From IMG/VR virus record IMGVR_UViG_2917413769_000009, positions 1 to 44,211 of that record: a stretch of 44,211 nucleotides of DNA, one strand, 5' to 3'. This DNA is from a virus (Duplodnaviria; Heunggongvirae; Uroviricota; Caudoviricetes). Position 1 is the stretch's first letter, and each line of letters opens with the position of its first letter. Of the stretch, positions 10,488-20,434 are shown in pieces. A model generated the notes under the pieces. That model was not told where the DNA came from. It saw only the letters and a list, made by a program, of their open reading frames with translations, and searched no databases. A program made the position numbers and the translations under genes.

Positions 10488-11135
10488 TCAGCGACCAATC
10501 ACCACGATTTCACCACCATCCCCTTCGTCTGCCGTGCTGATTTCCTGCGAAATTACCCGTGACCCCACACGCATTTCACCGTACAGAACAGGCAGAACAT
10601 TGCCCTGGGCAACCATGTTATCCAGTGATGAGAAATAGGTGTTCTGTTTGCCGTTATCTGTACTGGCTGCCGTGGGCGTCCTGGCTTTCGGTGCCAGCAT
10701 CTGCGCCACACCGCCCAGGATCATACTGGCCCCTGCCGCATACATGCCCGATATAGCCGCGGCACCCAGCCAGCCCACAGGGTTCCACCATGCCACCGCA
10801 ATCAGCGCCGCCCCCAGCACAGCCTGAAACACACCGCCACTTTTAGCTCCCGCCAGACGCGGCACGATATGGATCACGGCACCATTTGCCAGCGGCTCAT
10901 TAAGACGGGCAGATAATTCGGTTTCACCTGCATCACGCCCGGCAATGCGCACCTGATACCAGCCGTCATTCAGTTTCTGACGAAACGCCGGGACCTGTGT
11001 GGACAGCGCCCGGATGGCTTCAGCCCCCGTTTTTACACGAAGGTCGATGCGGCGGCCAAATCGTTGTAAATCCCCGTAAAGGCAGATGCGTGCCATGCCC
11101 GGTGACGCCAGAGGGAGTGTGTGCGTCGCTGCCAT
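10488..11135 (-). CDS. I: tail assembly protein I
   Basis: 215 aa, MAATHTLPLASPGMARICLYGDLQRFGRRIDLRV...; lambda I-like, overlapping the 3' end of K as in lambda. Confidence 0.9.
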   Translation of the reverse strand: MAATHTLPLASPGMARICLYGDLQRFGRRIDLRVKTGAEAIRALSTQVPAFRQKLNDGWYQVRIAGRDAGETELSARLNEPLANGAVIHIVPRLAGAKSGGVFQAVLGAALIAVAWWNPVGWLGAAAISGMYAAGASMILGGVAQMLAPKARTPTAASTDNGKQNTYFSSLDNMVAQGNVLPVLYGEMRVGSRVISQEISTADEGDGGEIVVIGR

Positions 11136-11776
11136 TTGTCGGTATACCTCTCTCGTTTGCTCAGTTGTTCAGGAATATGGTGCAGCAGCTCGCCGTCACC
11201 ACAGTAAATGGCGGCATGATTCGGCACCGATGAACCAAAACAGCACAGCAGCACATCGCCCGGCTGCGCCGCTGACAACGGCACCTGATACAGCCCTGTG
11301 GCCTCCAGATTATCCAGATAGAGATTCTGACCGTGACGCCACCAGTCATCCCCGCGATGAAAATCCGGCATCTCAATCCCCGCCAGATGATAAGCATCCC
11401 GGAACAGCGTGTAACAGTCCGTCACCCCGTGCTCAAAGCACCGCCCGGTAAGATGTGGCACACAGCGGAACTTGTGAATCGCCCCGCTGCAGACCAGCCA
11501 CCACGGCAAATCACTCTGCACCTGCAGCCGCCGGTCAGCCTCACTCAGCCAGGGCAGCCCCCCGGGGTGACTGTGGACCAGCGCCACAATCTCACCCTGC
11601 GTTTCGGCCTGCAGCCAGTCCTCCGGCGACATCCGGAAATACTCCTCCGGCTCACCGGAGATATTCACGCAGGGAAAATATCTTTCCCCTTCCGGCGTTC
11701 TCACCACGAAGCCGCACGACTCCGCTGGCGCACATCGCCGGGCGTGCGCCAGAATCGCTGATTCTGTTTCTGTCAT
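11033..11776 (-). CDS. K: tail assembly protein K (NlpC/P60-like and JAB/MPN-like regions)
   Basis: Start chosen at MTETESAILAHARRC...; motifs HSHPGG and conserved Cys/His. Start uncertain (the ORF track extends to 11851). Confidence 0.85.
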   Translation of the reverse strand: MTETESAILAHARRCAPAESCGFVVRTPEGERYFPCVNISGEPEEYFRMSPEDWLQAETQGEIVALVHSHPGGLPWLSEADRRLQVQSDLPWWLVCSGAIHKFRCVPHLTGRCFEHGVTDCYTLFRDAYHLAGIEMPDFHRGDDWWRHGQNLYLDNLEATGLYQVPLSAAQPGDVLLCCFGSSVPNHAAIYCGDGELLHHIPEQLSKRERYTDKWQRRTHSLWRHRAWHASAFTGIYNDLAAASTFV

Positions 11777-11780
11777 GGGT

Positions 11781-12479
11781 TTACTGCGAAAGTTTGTTAA
11801 TGGAAAGGAAGCCGCCAAAGTTGCCGACATTATTGCGGAACTTACAGCCACTCAGGCATTTGCTGCATTTATCCTTCGTGATATCGGACGTTGGCTGGTC
11901 ATATTCATCCGCGACCGCCGGACCGTTATAACCGCACTCATCACCGCGATAGGTCCAGGTGCAGGTGTTGGCCAGCATGATACGCCCCGGGAAAACGGCA
12001 CCATCCGTTTCCGTCGGTGTGGACAACACAAAGGAGGCACTGACCGCGCTCAGTTCGCTGCACTGCTCGATGCGCCAGCGGCTGATCACCTCCTGCTCCG
12101 GATCGGCGTCGCTGTTTCCGTTGACGAAGTTCACCGCATCCAGAAAACGGGCGTAAACCTTACGCCGGACCACCGTTCCGCCGACCAGACTCTGCAGATC
12201 TTCCGCCATCCCGGTGACCATGCCGTGCAGATTAGAGACTTTCAGCGTTGGCCTTGCACTGGCTCCTTTGCCGTTCATCTCAAATCCACTTCCCTGAATG
12301 GGATAGGCCTGATACTGCCGCCCCTGCCAGGTGACTGGTTCACCTTTTTCGTTCTGCTCATTACAGAAGAAATAACGCTCTCCGCCGACCTCTGTCAGAT
12401 CAATTTCCCAGAGCACGACCAGCGCGGATTGCTCCGTTTTAGTACACTCATTGAGTGTTTCCTGCTGTATATCCTGCAT
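11781..12479 (-). CDS. L: minor tail protein L
   Basis: 232 aa, MQDIQQETLNECTKTEQSALVVLWEIDL..., same length as lambda L and with its C-terminal Cys cluster. Confidence 0.92.
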   Translation of the reverse strand: MQDIQQETLNECTKTEQSALVVLWEIDLTEVGGERYFFCNEQNEKGEPVTWQGRQYQAYPIQGSGFEMNGKGASARPTLKVSNLHGMVTGMAEDLQSLVGGTVVRRKVYARFLDAVNFVNGNSDADPEQEVISRWRIEQCSELSAVSASFVLSTPTETDGAVFPGRIMLANTCTWTYRGDECGYNGPAVADEYDQPTSDITKDKCSKCLSGCKFRNNVGNFGGFLSINKLSQ

Positions 12480-12778
12480 CAGTGAGTGACCTCTTCAAAG
12501 GTACAGTTAAAATCGGTATACATGGCATTATCCGAAATGCTCCACTCCCTGCAGACAACCCGGACAGTCCTGTTGTGTTTTGGCGGACGCCACAAAAAAG
12601 CACGCATCCCGGCATGACGGGATAAAAAACTGTCCAGCGCGGCACGGGAATATTCATCCGTGACACGAAATACCGGTTTAAACGTTTTCAGATCTGCATT
12701 CAGACCACCAGCCCGTCGCTGTTCATATCCGTCACCGAACTTTACCGTAATAACAGATGGCTTTCGTGTCGTCTCCAT
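12479..12778 (-). CDS. M: minor tail protein M
   Basis: Start at METTRKPSVITVKFGDGYEQR... (ATG 12776-12778 with SD GAGGGG); lambda M-like motif RFGDGY(S/E)QR. Confidence 0.85.
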   Translation of the reverse strand: METTRKPSVITVKFGDGYEQRRAGGLNADLKTFKPVFRVTDEYSRAALDSFLSRHAGMRAFLWRPPKHNRTVRVVCREWSISDNAMYTDFNCTFEEVTH

Positions 12779-12812
12779 CCCCTCGCGGGGGATCCAGTTA
12801 AAAACTTCAGAC

Positions 12813-15800
12813 TCAGGCACTGCATAATCCTCCGTCCCGACGTGATGACTGCATAATTGACACAACCCTGCTGTCGATCAGATCCACCAGCCCCCTGGCT
12901 GACTGCGTATCTATCTCGCCATTGCTCCCTTTATTCTGAATACTGATGTGATACACGGGAGAATAAACAAATCCCCCGCCACCATTCACATTGCCAATGG
13001 CTCTGACTCCAAGAGAGCCGTCCGCTGCCCGGGTCAGTGGCATGATAGCTTCAGGCCCGGCCTCGCCCATCAGCCCGGCACCTTTCGCAAAAGCAAAATA
13101 CGTCGGGGTATCCACAATGGTGTTACTGTAAGCACTCAAATTTGCCGATGTATAAACACCACCTTTTGCGTTTGCCACTGCACCGGAAAGCCAGTCGCCG
13201 ACTGTACCAAGCCATCCTCCGGCACCGGACATGCTTTTGGAAAGTGACTTCAGCCCGTTAACGATGGCAGCGTTCATCAGAATTTTTGAAACTTCCTGGA
13301 GAATTGAACTCCCCCAGTTTCGCCAGTCCACAACATTTCCGGCCAGTGCATCGGAAATATTTGATACCAGCCCGTCCATAGTGGAAACGACAGCATCTGC
13401 CGCCTGCGAAGCATAATCGGTGGCACTGTCTGCCCAGTTCGTCAGTCCCTCCTGGAGGCCGGCATTCCAGTCACTGCGTAAAGCATCAGCCTTTGCATAA
13501 TAATCCTGCTGATCGCTGAGACGCTCTTCCAGATATTTTTCATTCAGCGATTTTTCCTGTTTCCACAGGGCTTCTTCAATTTCTCCGGCCTGATACTGTC
13601 TCAGTAGCTCGTTATTTTTCTGCTCAAACGCCTGCCGGATACTCCACATTTCCTGGAGTCGTTCACGCATCCGTGAGCCTTCACCATATCCCAGCAACTG
13701 CGCGTCGTCAGATGCCCGGGCACTGGCATTACTGTCCGCCAGACTGCTTTCATACGCGGCAAGCTGCTCACGAATCTTTTTCTGGTCGATGAGTGCCGCA
13801 TTCTGTAAAAGCGTTTTTTTTCTGCGCTTCTGACAGGGTTGATAATTCGCCCTGACTGACCTGATATTTCATCTTAGCCAGTTCAGTATTCTGCCCTGCC
13901 AGTGCTATCTGTTCTTTTTGCTGTTTAATCAGCCGTTTATAAATATCTTCTGTTTTTTCCGCTTCGGTCTTTTTATGCGTTTTGGGTTTATTTGCCTGGT
14001 TATTTCGCCAGGCATCCAGTGAGTTATTGATATAATTCTGTCTGGCTGTCTGATACGCCTCTCCCACAAAGCCGAGATCATCCGCAGCATAGCCCAGTCG
14101 GGCACGCTCACGCGCTTCCCCCTTAAGGCGGGACAGAGCCAGTTCGCGCTTGCTGTTATTCAGTGCGGTCTGCTGTTTATCATCCAGGGTTGCCTGTGGT
14201 AGCCGTAACGGTACATTCACCAGCCCCTGTCGCTGCTGAAGTAATTCATTACCAAGCCCAAGAAGGCGATTAAACTCGGTATGCTGCCCATTCATGATCA
14301 ACAGGGACTGATACGCTTTGTTTTGTTCCGCCGCCTGTTGACGGATCAACGCCACCCGTCGCTCCTCCAGCCCGGCAAGCACATCCTGAATAGATTGCGC
14401 TTTGCCCTGCATTTGAGTGAGACGGGATTGTTCAACTGCCAGTTGATTTGTTGCTTCGGCAAGCCCTTTAAGGATGATTTCAGCACCCGAACCACTCTGC
14501 GAACTTTCATCAAGCCAACGTTGATAATCAGCAATTTGATTTTTCAGTCCGCGAATTTTTCCTTCCTGTTCGCTAATCAGGCGATTTTGTTCCTCCAGTG
14601 CCTGCCGCGTCTTTTCCTCATTATCTGACGCTTCAGGAAGCGACATTGCCGACGTTTTCTGGCGAATTTCGTCGATTGTTGCGGCATACTGACGTGCAGA
14701 TTCTCTGGCCTGCTCCTGATTCTGATACATCGTGTACCAGGCCGCAGCCCCCAGCATGACAAGCCCCGGCACACCACCAACCAGCCCCAGTGCCCCTCTT
14801 AACAGACGACTCCCCACTGACGTGACAGTATTCAGCGTTGTCTGTGCTGCTGTTCTGGCCGCAATATTACGGGTAAGTGACGCCTGAGCAGCTGTCAGCT
14901 TCGCTTCTGCGGCTGCCTGCCTTTCAGTACCACGGGTAGCCGCAACCGCCTGTTGCGCACGATAAACCGCCGCACGCGCCCTGGCTGTTGCTATCTGTGT
15001 CCCCCGAAGTTGCGCTTCCGCAAGAGCCACTTCGTTTCTGGCTGCAGTAATTAATCCGGCAGTTGCAGATCCAGCAGAAGACGCCATATTGCCAAAATAT
15101 CGGGCTACCCCGACGGCAACCAGAGCACCGGCAGCGGTTGCCACAGTGTCAATATTGCCTGCAATACCATTCAGCACACCGGAGAGCGTCTTCGTCACTC
15201 CGCTTGCCTCGTTCGCACCACCAACCCAGGCCATAAAGGCGTTTTCAACTTTGGTTGCAGAGGATGAAACCGTATCAGGCATTGCCGCATATTCATCACG
15301 TAATGCCCCAAGCTGACTAACCAGTGCAGGAACAACCTTATCGGCGGTCAACTTTCCGTTATCCGCCATGGCCTTCAGATCCTTACGGGCAACCCCCATT
15401 CCCGCAGCCAGCGCACGAATAACACGATCGCCGTTCTCATTCACCGAGTTAAACTCTTCACCGCGTAGCACTCCCTGCGCCAGTGCCTGACTGAACTGCG
15501 TGATCACCGAACTGGCTTCTGCTGTACTGGCACCGGATAATTTCAGGCCCGTGGAGATCGCCTCGGTGACTTTCAGTACCTCCTCAGAACTGTAACCATA
15601 CTCCCGCATGGAAGCTGCAGAACGTGCAAAAAGGCTGGCGTTATCAGAAAACGCCGTCCCCGTTCTCTGGCTGATCGCCATTAATTCACGCTGTGATGCC
15701 TGAAAATCATCACTGGACTGTGAGGCCTGCTTCAGACGGGCATTTACTGAATTCCACTCATCGGCGAGAGAAATAAGATGACCGGTAGCAAAAGCCCCGG

Positions 15801-16032
15801 CAAATGCCCCCGCCATATTCAGTGCCGAAGATTTAGCTGTATTTATTTGATCCGTCACTTCTGCCAGTGCACGCCGCATTTCACGGGATGCAGCAGCGGA
15901 CTGCCGGCCTCCGTTCTGCATGGTACGGTAGTAATCCTGCCCCATACGCGAAGCCCGGGAGATCTCTGACTGGAATGACCGGGAATTTGCCGAGATTTTA
16001 ATAATCAGTTCACGTAATGTCGCCACACTCAT
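12813..16032 (-). CDS. H: tail tape measure protein; reading frame interrupted at the A8 run (plus-strand T8 at 13814-13821)
   Basis: A 754-aa ORF (13768-16032) and a 294-aa ORF (12813-13697) are two frames of one gene. The C-terminal part (...AYSNTIVDTPTYFAFAKGAGLMGEAGPEAIMPL...) is lambda H C-terminus-like; removing one A from the run fuses the frames (...SEAQKKTLLQNAALID...). Confidence 0.85.
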
Positions 16033-16042
16033 TCTCCGGACG

Positions 16043-16064
16043 AAAAAAAACCGCCGAAGCGGTT
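16043..16064 (-). terminator. hairpin plus U8 between the G-T chaperone gene and the tape measure gene (possible attenuator)
   Basis: Minus-strand AACCGC-UUCG-GCGGUU followed by U8 (plus-strand A8 at 16043-16050), 11 nt upstream of the H start codon. Confidence 0.45.
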
Positions 16065-16072
16065 ATGTTGAC

Positions 16073-16384
16073 TCACTGAGACACTATTAAAAGCGCGTTT
16101 TCCAGTCCGGCAAATGGATCTGATACGCCTTCTGTCTGCTCCTTCTCCCACTGAAGAAGCGCATCATTCAGTGGCACTTTGACCCCCTGCGCACCGTAAA
16201 CAGCTGAAACAATCTGGGCAGCCCGGATATCAGCCCGTTCGTCCCCCAGCGGGCTGAACCTGTCAAATTCTGCCCACATCATGATTTCTGATGCGGACAT
16301 TTCCCGGCGTAACTCTGACAATGTGCGCCCCATCCTGAGCGCCAGCATCATCAGAAAACGCATCCCCGGAATCGCTACTTTTTT
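16073..16384 (-). CDS. T: tail assembly chaperone T extension, expressed only as a G-T fusion by -1 frameshift
   Basis: The -1 frame is open from just 3' of the slippery site to 16073 (...VAIPGMRFLMMLALRMGRTLSELRREM...), the classic lambda G/G-T arrangement. Confidence 0.75.
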   Translation of the reverse strand, partial: KKVAIPGMRFLMMLALRMGRTLSELRREMSASEIMMWAEFDRFSPLGDERADIRAAQIVSAVYGAQGVKVPLNDALLQWEKEQTEGVSDPFAGLENALLIVSQ

Positions 16385-16761
16385 TTAACCTCGCCGGCAT
16401 CACTGATCAGTTCCAGAGACTGCCGAAGAAGCCGCGCATGCACCGGGCCATACACGGCAATCACCTGTTCACGATCATCCTCTGAAAATACAGGTTGCAG
16501 TCCGGTATCACACAGAACATCGATGAACAGTTCAACATCCGCTTCCAGATTTCGGCGGGCGCGCTCCGCAACGGATAGCGGTGTCTCATCATCTTTTGCT
16601 TTAACGATCTCCTGCCAGCGCAACCAGGCTTCTGCAGAAGGTTCCCGTAATACAACCGTTGCCCCTTCCCATTCAGGCACATCAACAGTTTTATGGCGAA
16701 ACCCCGACATCGTTGCCAGTGCCAGATTACGGATATTTTTAGTCATCACATCTATCCTCAT
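16375..16761 (-). CDS. G: tail assembly chaperone G
   Basis: Position between the major tail and tape measure genes; ends ...AGEVKKK-stop within the slippery A-run. An alternative ATG start at 16746 is possible. Confidence 0.85.
   Translation of the reverse strand: MRIDVMTKNIRNLALATMSGFRHKTVDVPEWEGATVVLREPSAEAWLRWQEIVKAKDDETPLSVAERARRNLEADVELFIDVLCDTGLQPVFSEDDREQVIAVYGPVHARLLRQSLELISDAGEVKKK
16378..16384 (-). promoter_or_regulatory. programmed -1 ribosomal frameshift slippery heptamer A AAA AAG
   Basis: On the minus-strand mRNA positions 16384 to 16378 read A-AAA-AAG, with the G stop 2 codons later and the T frame open. Confidence 0.7.
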
Positions 16762-17465
16762 TAACTGACGGTTACAGTGCAGGAAGTGGAGGTCACTTTG
16801 TTAACCGGGCTTGCTGAATCAGAAATCTCGCAGGTATATGCGCCCGCATCACCGGATACTGCCGATGCCTTACTGAACGTTGCCGCCGTCTGTCCGGAAA
16901 CAGGAGAACTACCTTTCTTCCAGACATAAGAATAAGGCGGCACACCACCGGCAGCCTCAACCATCATTTCGAGTTTCGCTCCGGCAGAAACCTGCAGCGT
17001 GCTGTTTAAATCGACCTTCACTTTCAGTGGCTCTGTCGTCAGCACAGGTTTACCTTTCAGGCGCAGGGAAAACGTTGCAGCCACAACACCGTTGGTTCCT
17101 GCAGACCAGGTATGCTGACGCACCTCTGCCATAAAGGTAAATCCGTTTCCTGACGGAAAAATAACTTTAAAGCCATACGTGGTATCATTGTCATAGGCAC
17201 TGCGCAACGCGTTCTGGGCAGCATTGAGGTAAAAGTTGCCTGACATGGAAATCTCTGACGCGGCACCAAGACCGTTAATATTTTCCTGCTCAACAGAACA
17301 CAGCGTGGTGACATCAATATCCTGCTTTTGTCCTGCGGTAAACTGCACCTCTTTGATTGTACAGCTCAGGCCAAGATAGCTGGCAGAATCCAGGGTTTCT
17401 GCTGTTACCGGTGCAGACGAAATCATAATTTTCGTCAGTTGCGAACGCTCAAAATTAGAGGACAT
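16761..17465 (-). CDS. V: major tail protein with C-terminal Ig-like domain
   Basis: Start at MSSNFERSQ... (ATG 17463-17465, SD AGGAG). C-terminal 90 aa (...LEMMVEAAGGVPPYSYVWKKGSSPVSGQTAATF...AGAYTCEISD...) looks like a Big_2-type Ig domain, as in lambda V. Confidence 0.85.
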   Translation of the reverse strand: MSSNFERSQLTKIMISSAPVTAETLDSASYLGLSCTIKEVQFTAGQKQDIDVTTLCSVEQENINGLGAASEISMSGNFYLNAAQNALRSAYDNDTTYGFKVIFPSGNGFTFMAEVRQHTWSAGTNGVVAATFSLRLKGKPVLTTEPLKVKVDLNSTLQVSAGAKLEMMVEAAGGVPPYSYVWKKGSSPVSGQTAATFSKASAVSGDAGAYTCEISDSASPVNKVTSTSCTVTVS

Positions 17466-17480
17466 ACTCGTCTCCTGAAA

Positions 17481-17503
17481 ATAAAAAACCCGCCAGCGGC
17501 GGG
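17481..17503 (-). terminator. hairpin plus U-tract immediately upstream of the major tail gene
   Basis: Minus-strand CCCGCCGCUGGCGGG followed by UUUUUUAUUUU (plus-strand 17481-17503). Confidence 0.4.
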
Positions 17504-17524
17504 TGGGTAAAATCATTAACAACC

Positions 17525-17869
17525 TCAGGCTATTACCTGAAATTCAAGCGTGGCTCTGCTCAGACGGGAATCAGGATCATAACCCTGAGTTTTAGAAATA
17601 ACGGAGGGTACAAGTTGCCTTACCGCATCAAGCGCCTGTTCCCGAATATCATCTGCGTCATCAGGTACTGTCGCCCAGACATCGATCTGCACGACAATTC
17701 TGGATTCAGCCTGACCATCAAGCACATCAGACGCCGTGTCAGACACCACTGAAAACACCAGCCACGGTGGAGATACCGCAGGCTTTCCCTCCGTCAGCGG
17801 GACCACATAAGGATAAACCTGCCCTCCGGCCAGTTGGGACAAAAGAGCATACAGCGTGGCTTCTCTCAT
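17525..17869 (-). CDS. tail completion / tail terminator protein (U-like position)
   Basis: 114-aa ORF between the head-tail joining genes and the major tail gene; assignment by synteny. Confidence 0.7.
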   Translation of the reverse strand: MREATLYALLSQLAGGQVYPYVVPLTEGKPAVSPPWLVFSVVSDTASDVLDGQAESRIVVQIDVWATVPDDADDIREQALDAVRQLVPSVISKTQGYDPDSRLSRATLEFQVIA

Positions 17870-18336
17870 TTACTCAGCACCCCATCAATAGCCTGATTCA
17901 TATGCTTCATGGCAACCTGCGCTGCCAGCTCCTCTGTCGTATCGAAAGCCGGGCGAATGAATGGATGCGCGGGCATGTTTATCGTTCCCAGCTCCACGAA
18001 ACGCCAGTAAAACGCATTTCGGGGATCGCTGGCTTTCATGCTGTTATCACTGTTTCCGGTTCGCAGGTTCCGTCCACGAATGTGGACACCCGAGATAATT
18101 TCCCCCCGACGCTTTGAACGCTGAGTGAGAACAACCACATTTTTCTTCAGTTTCCCGGTTCGCTCCGGCGCACGTTCAACAACTGCATCCCGCATAACCT
18201 CTGCACCGGCACGGGAGGCATCGCGAAGCACCTTATTACTCTCTGCTCTGCTGAGAAGTTCCAGATCTCTTGCAATATCCGCCAGGCCAGAAAAATCCAG
18301 ACTAAAATCCGTCACATTCCACCTCTCTGGCTGCAA
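17866..18336 (-). CDS. tail component, HK97 gp10-like
   Basis: 156-aa ORF, ATGA-coupled to the downstream gene; assignment by synteny. Confidence 0.7.
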   Translation of the reverse strand: MQPERWNVTDFSLDFSGLADIARDLELLSRAESNKVLRDASRAGAEVMRDAVVERAPERTGKLKKNVVVLTQRSKRRGEIISGVHIRGRNLRTGNSDNSMKASDPRNAFYWRFVELGTINMPAHPFIRPAFDTTEELAAQVAMKHMNQAIDGVLSK

Positions 18337-18650
18337 AGTATTTCAAGCCTGGAGGATCGTGCGTCTGGGATCGGCGGCCCGTCGATATTCAGAATGGCTC
18401 CCTTGAATGCCCCTGTCAGCACTTTCAGACGTGAGGCGGCCGTCACATCGCGCCGGAATCGCATCCAGACTCTTACTGTTGTCTGCGCTGTTTCCGCACC
18501 GCCCGATATACGTTCCCGCCCACTGATCCCCTTAACCTCTGCCCATACCGTAGCCCCCTCTTTCAGGGTTTCCTCCAGGTGACCAGAAGGGGTACGGGAG
18601 GTCGTAATATTCAGAATAACCACGCGATCACGTAATCTTCCTGCCTGCAT
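18312..18650 (-). CDS. head closure / head-tail adaptor protein
   Basis: 112-aa ORF in the HK97 gp7-like position. Confidence 0.7.
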   Translation of the reverse strand: MQAGRLRDRVVILNITTSRTPSGHLEETLKEGATVWAEVKGISGRERISGGAETAQTTVRVWMRFRRDVTAASRLKVLTGAFKGAILNIDGPPIPDARSSRLEILCSQRGGM

Positions 18651-18659
18651 GAAATCCTC

Positions 18660-18965
18660 CTATGTTCCGGGATGAAACCGATACATTCGGAGTCCGGTAT
18701 AGAAAAAATCAGGCACAGCATCCTGCATTTCCCTGTTCTCGTACCAGTAGCCAACCAGTTGCATAAGACGCAGCTTTATCAGCGGTGTTATTACAAGCCC
18801 GGTCGTATCCTGATCAGGAACAGTTTCATCGTGAAGTGTCCGGTTTAAAAACTTTTCAGCCTCTTCTCTGGCTGCTGCCAGATACATCATAAGAAGTGCA
18901 TTCTCCTGTTCATTGTCATCATCAATCCGGCACTGAACACGAAGCTCTTCCAGAGTAGGCATCAT
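18660..18965 (-). CDS. head-tail connector protein (gp6-like)
   Basis: 101-aa ORF directly after the capsid gene region; MMPTLEELRVQCRIDDDNEQENALLMMYLAAAREEAEKFL... is typical of gp6-like connector proteins. Confidence 0.75.
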   Translation of the reverse strand: MMPTLEELRVQCRIDDDNEQENALLMMYLAAAREEAEKFLNRTLHDETVPDQDTTGLVITPLIKLRLMQLVGYWYENREMQDAVPDFFYTGLRMYRFHPGT

Positions 18966-18976
18966 TTGGGCTACCT

Positions 18977-19165
18977 CTATGAATGCTGTTTTTTAGCCTT
19001 ATCAGATACCCGTGCAACAGGTGTTCTCTTATCAGAAACAATCCCTGCTGCAGTGGCAATTTCACGTACCCGTTCGGGTAATTCTTTATCTTCATACTCA
19101 CCAGAACGAATGATCTCAACGCGCATACCGTCCGGTGACCATTTCAGATCTTGTTTCAGGATCAT
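18977..19165 (-). CDS. small hypothetical protein (62 aa)
   Basis: ORF MILKQDLKWSPDGMRVEIIRSGEYEDKELPERVREIATAAG... with SD AGGTGA; lies between the major capsid and connector genes. Confidence 0.35.
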   Translation of the reverse strand: MILKQDLKWSPDGMRVEIIRSGEYEDKELPERVREIATAAGIVSDKRTPVARVSDKAKKQHS

Positions 19166-19214
19166 GATTCTTTCACCTGTCAGAACAGGGGCGCAATTCA
19201 GCGCCCCTGAGTGA

Positions 19215-20420
19215 TTACGCCGCTGCAATCTTCAGCAGTTTGATGGCCTGCGAATCGACCAGCATGCCGCCGGTGCGCTTGGTGGTATAAAAACCGACAA
19301 ACGGTTTATTGGTGTACGGATCACGCAGAATGCGGGTACCGATACGGTCAACGATGGTGTAACCCCGCTTGAAGTTACCAAATGCAATAGCTTTCGCATC
19401 AGCGGCGATATCCGGCATCTGTTCGTTTTCAGCGATACCGTAACCCGCCAGAGAGGACGGTTGCCCCAGCTCCAGCCCCGGACGCCACAGATAGTTACCC
19501 TCGGTGTCTTTCAGCAGACGGATGGCAAACAGGCTGTTGTTGTTCATCATGAACTTCGCGCCAGTGCGGTGTGCCTTACGCAGCGTGTAAATCAGTTTGA
19601 TAATGGCGTCTGCGGTCACCGTCGTCGCTTCACCGGATACAATATGCTGAAGTTTACCGAACGCACGAACCTTATCGGTTTCATCGGTGGATTCATACGC
19701 CAGGAACCCTTTTGGCTTCTTGGTGCCATCACCGGTGGTAAAGGCAATTTCTTCCTGTTCGGCAAATTCGGTCGCCAGCTCGCTGTTGATCCAGGCCTCC
19801 ACGTTGAAGAAGGCATCATCCAGCATTTTCTGAGTGGCCTGCGGGTTACCGTAGATTTCCCCCATGAAAGGTTCAATCAGTCCCAGTTTTGAGGTGGCAG
19901 TCTGGGAGCGCGCGTCAGTCTCGCCAACCCATCCGGAAGCCGTGCCGCCCAGATTCACCAGTTTTTTGTAGTCGGAACCGCCAACGGTGATCACCGTGGC
20001 TTCCTGGCGCATCACCACTTCATCTTTCAGCAGGGTGAGAATGTTGCGATCCAGTGCTTCCGGCACGGCATAGCCGCCGTCTTCATCGGTGCCCACCTGT
20101 AATGCCTTGCGCTCCAGATCGCGCAGACCATCTTCACGGCCTTTACGCAGGAAGCCCACAAACGCTTCTTTATGCTCGGTGGCCAGTTTATTTTGCGCAC
20201 CACCTGCCGGACGTTTCAGCTCAAGCAGCTCTTTTTCAAGATCGCTTTTGAGGTTTTCCAGCTCGCTGAGTTTCCCGTTCAGGGTTTCCACCTGCCCGGC
20301 AAGTTTGCCTTTTTCCTGCTCAATCGCATCCACGCGCTTGTCGTTCTTTGCTTTGAAGTCGTCAAACTTCTGCTGCAGCTCCTGCGCGACCTGTTCCACA
20401 TCTTTAATATCAACCGCCAT
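19215..20420 (-). CDS. major capsid protein, HK97 fold, with N-terminal delta (scaffold) domain
   Basis: 401 aa; N-terminal coiled coil (...ELQQKFDDFKAKNDKRVDAIEQEKGKLAG...) followed by a capsid domain; follows the protease gene as in HK97. Confidence 0.95.
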   Translation of the reverse strand: MAVDIKDVEQVAQELQQKFDDFKAKNDKRVDAIEQEKGKLAGQVETLNGKLSELENLKSDLEKELLELKRPAGGAQNKLATEHKEAFVGFLRKGREDGLRDLERKALQVGTDEDGGYAVPEALDRNILTLLKDEVVMRQEATVITVGGSDYKKLVNLGGTASGWVGETDARSQTATSKLGLIEPFMGEIYGNPQATQKMLDDAFFNVEAWINSELATEFAEQEEIAFTTGDGTKKPKGFLAYESTDETDKVRAFGKLQHIVSGEATTVTADAIIKLIYTLRKAHRTGAKFMMNNNSLFAIRLLKDTEGNYLWRPGLELGQPSSLAGYGIAENEQMPDIAADAKAIAFGNFKRGYTIVDRIGTRILRDPYTNKPFVGFYTTKRTGGMLVDSQAIKLLKIAAA

Positions 20421-20434
20421 CGTATTTCTCCTGA

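Noticed and set aside
11775-12485. 236-aa plus-strand ORF
   Set aside because: Antisense to minor tail protein L, which has a clear lambda L-like translation.
12948-13416. Plus-strand ORFs of 99 and 61 aa
   Set aside because: Antisense within the tape measure gene.
16461-16768. ORFs of 74 and 81 aa overlapping the tail chaperone G gene
   Set aside because: Alternative-frame and antisense ORFs within a gene supported by synteny and the slippery site.
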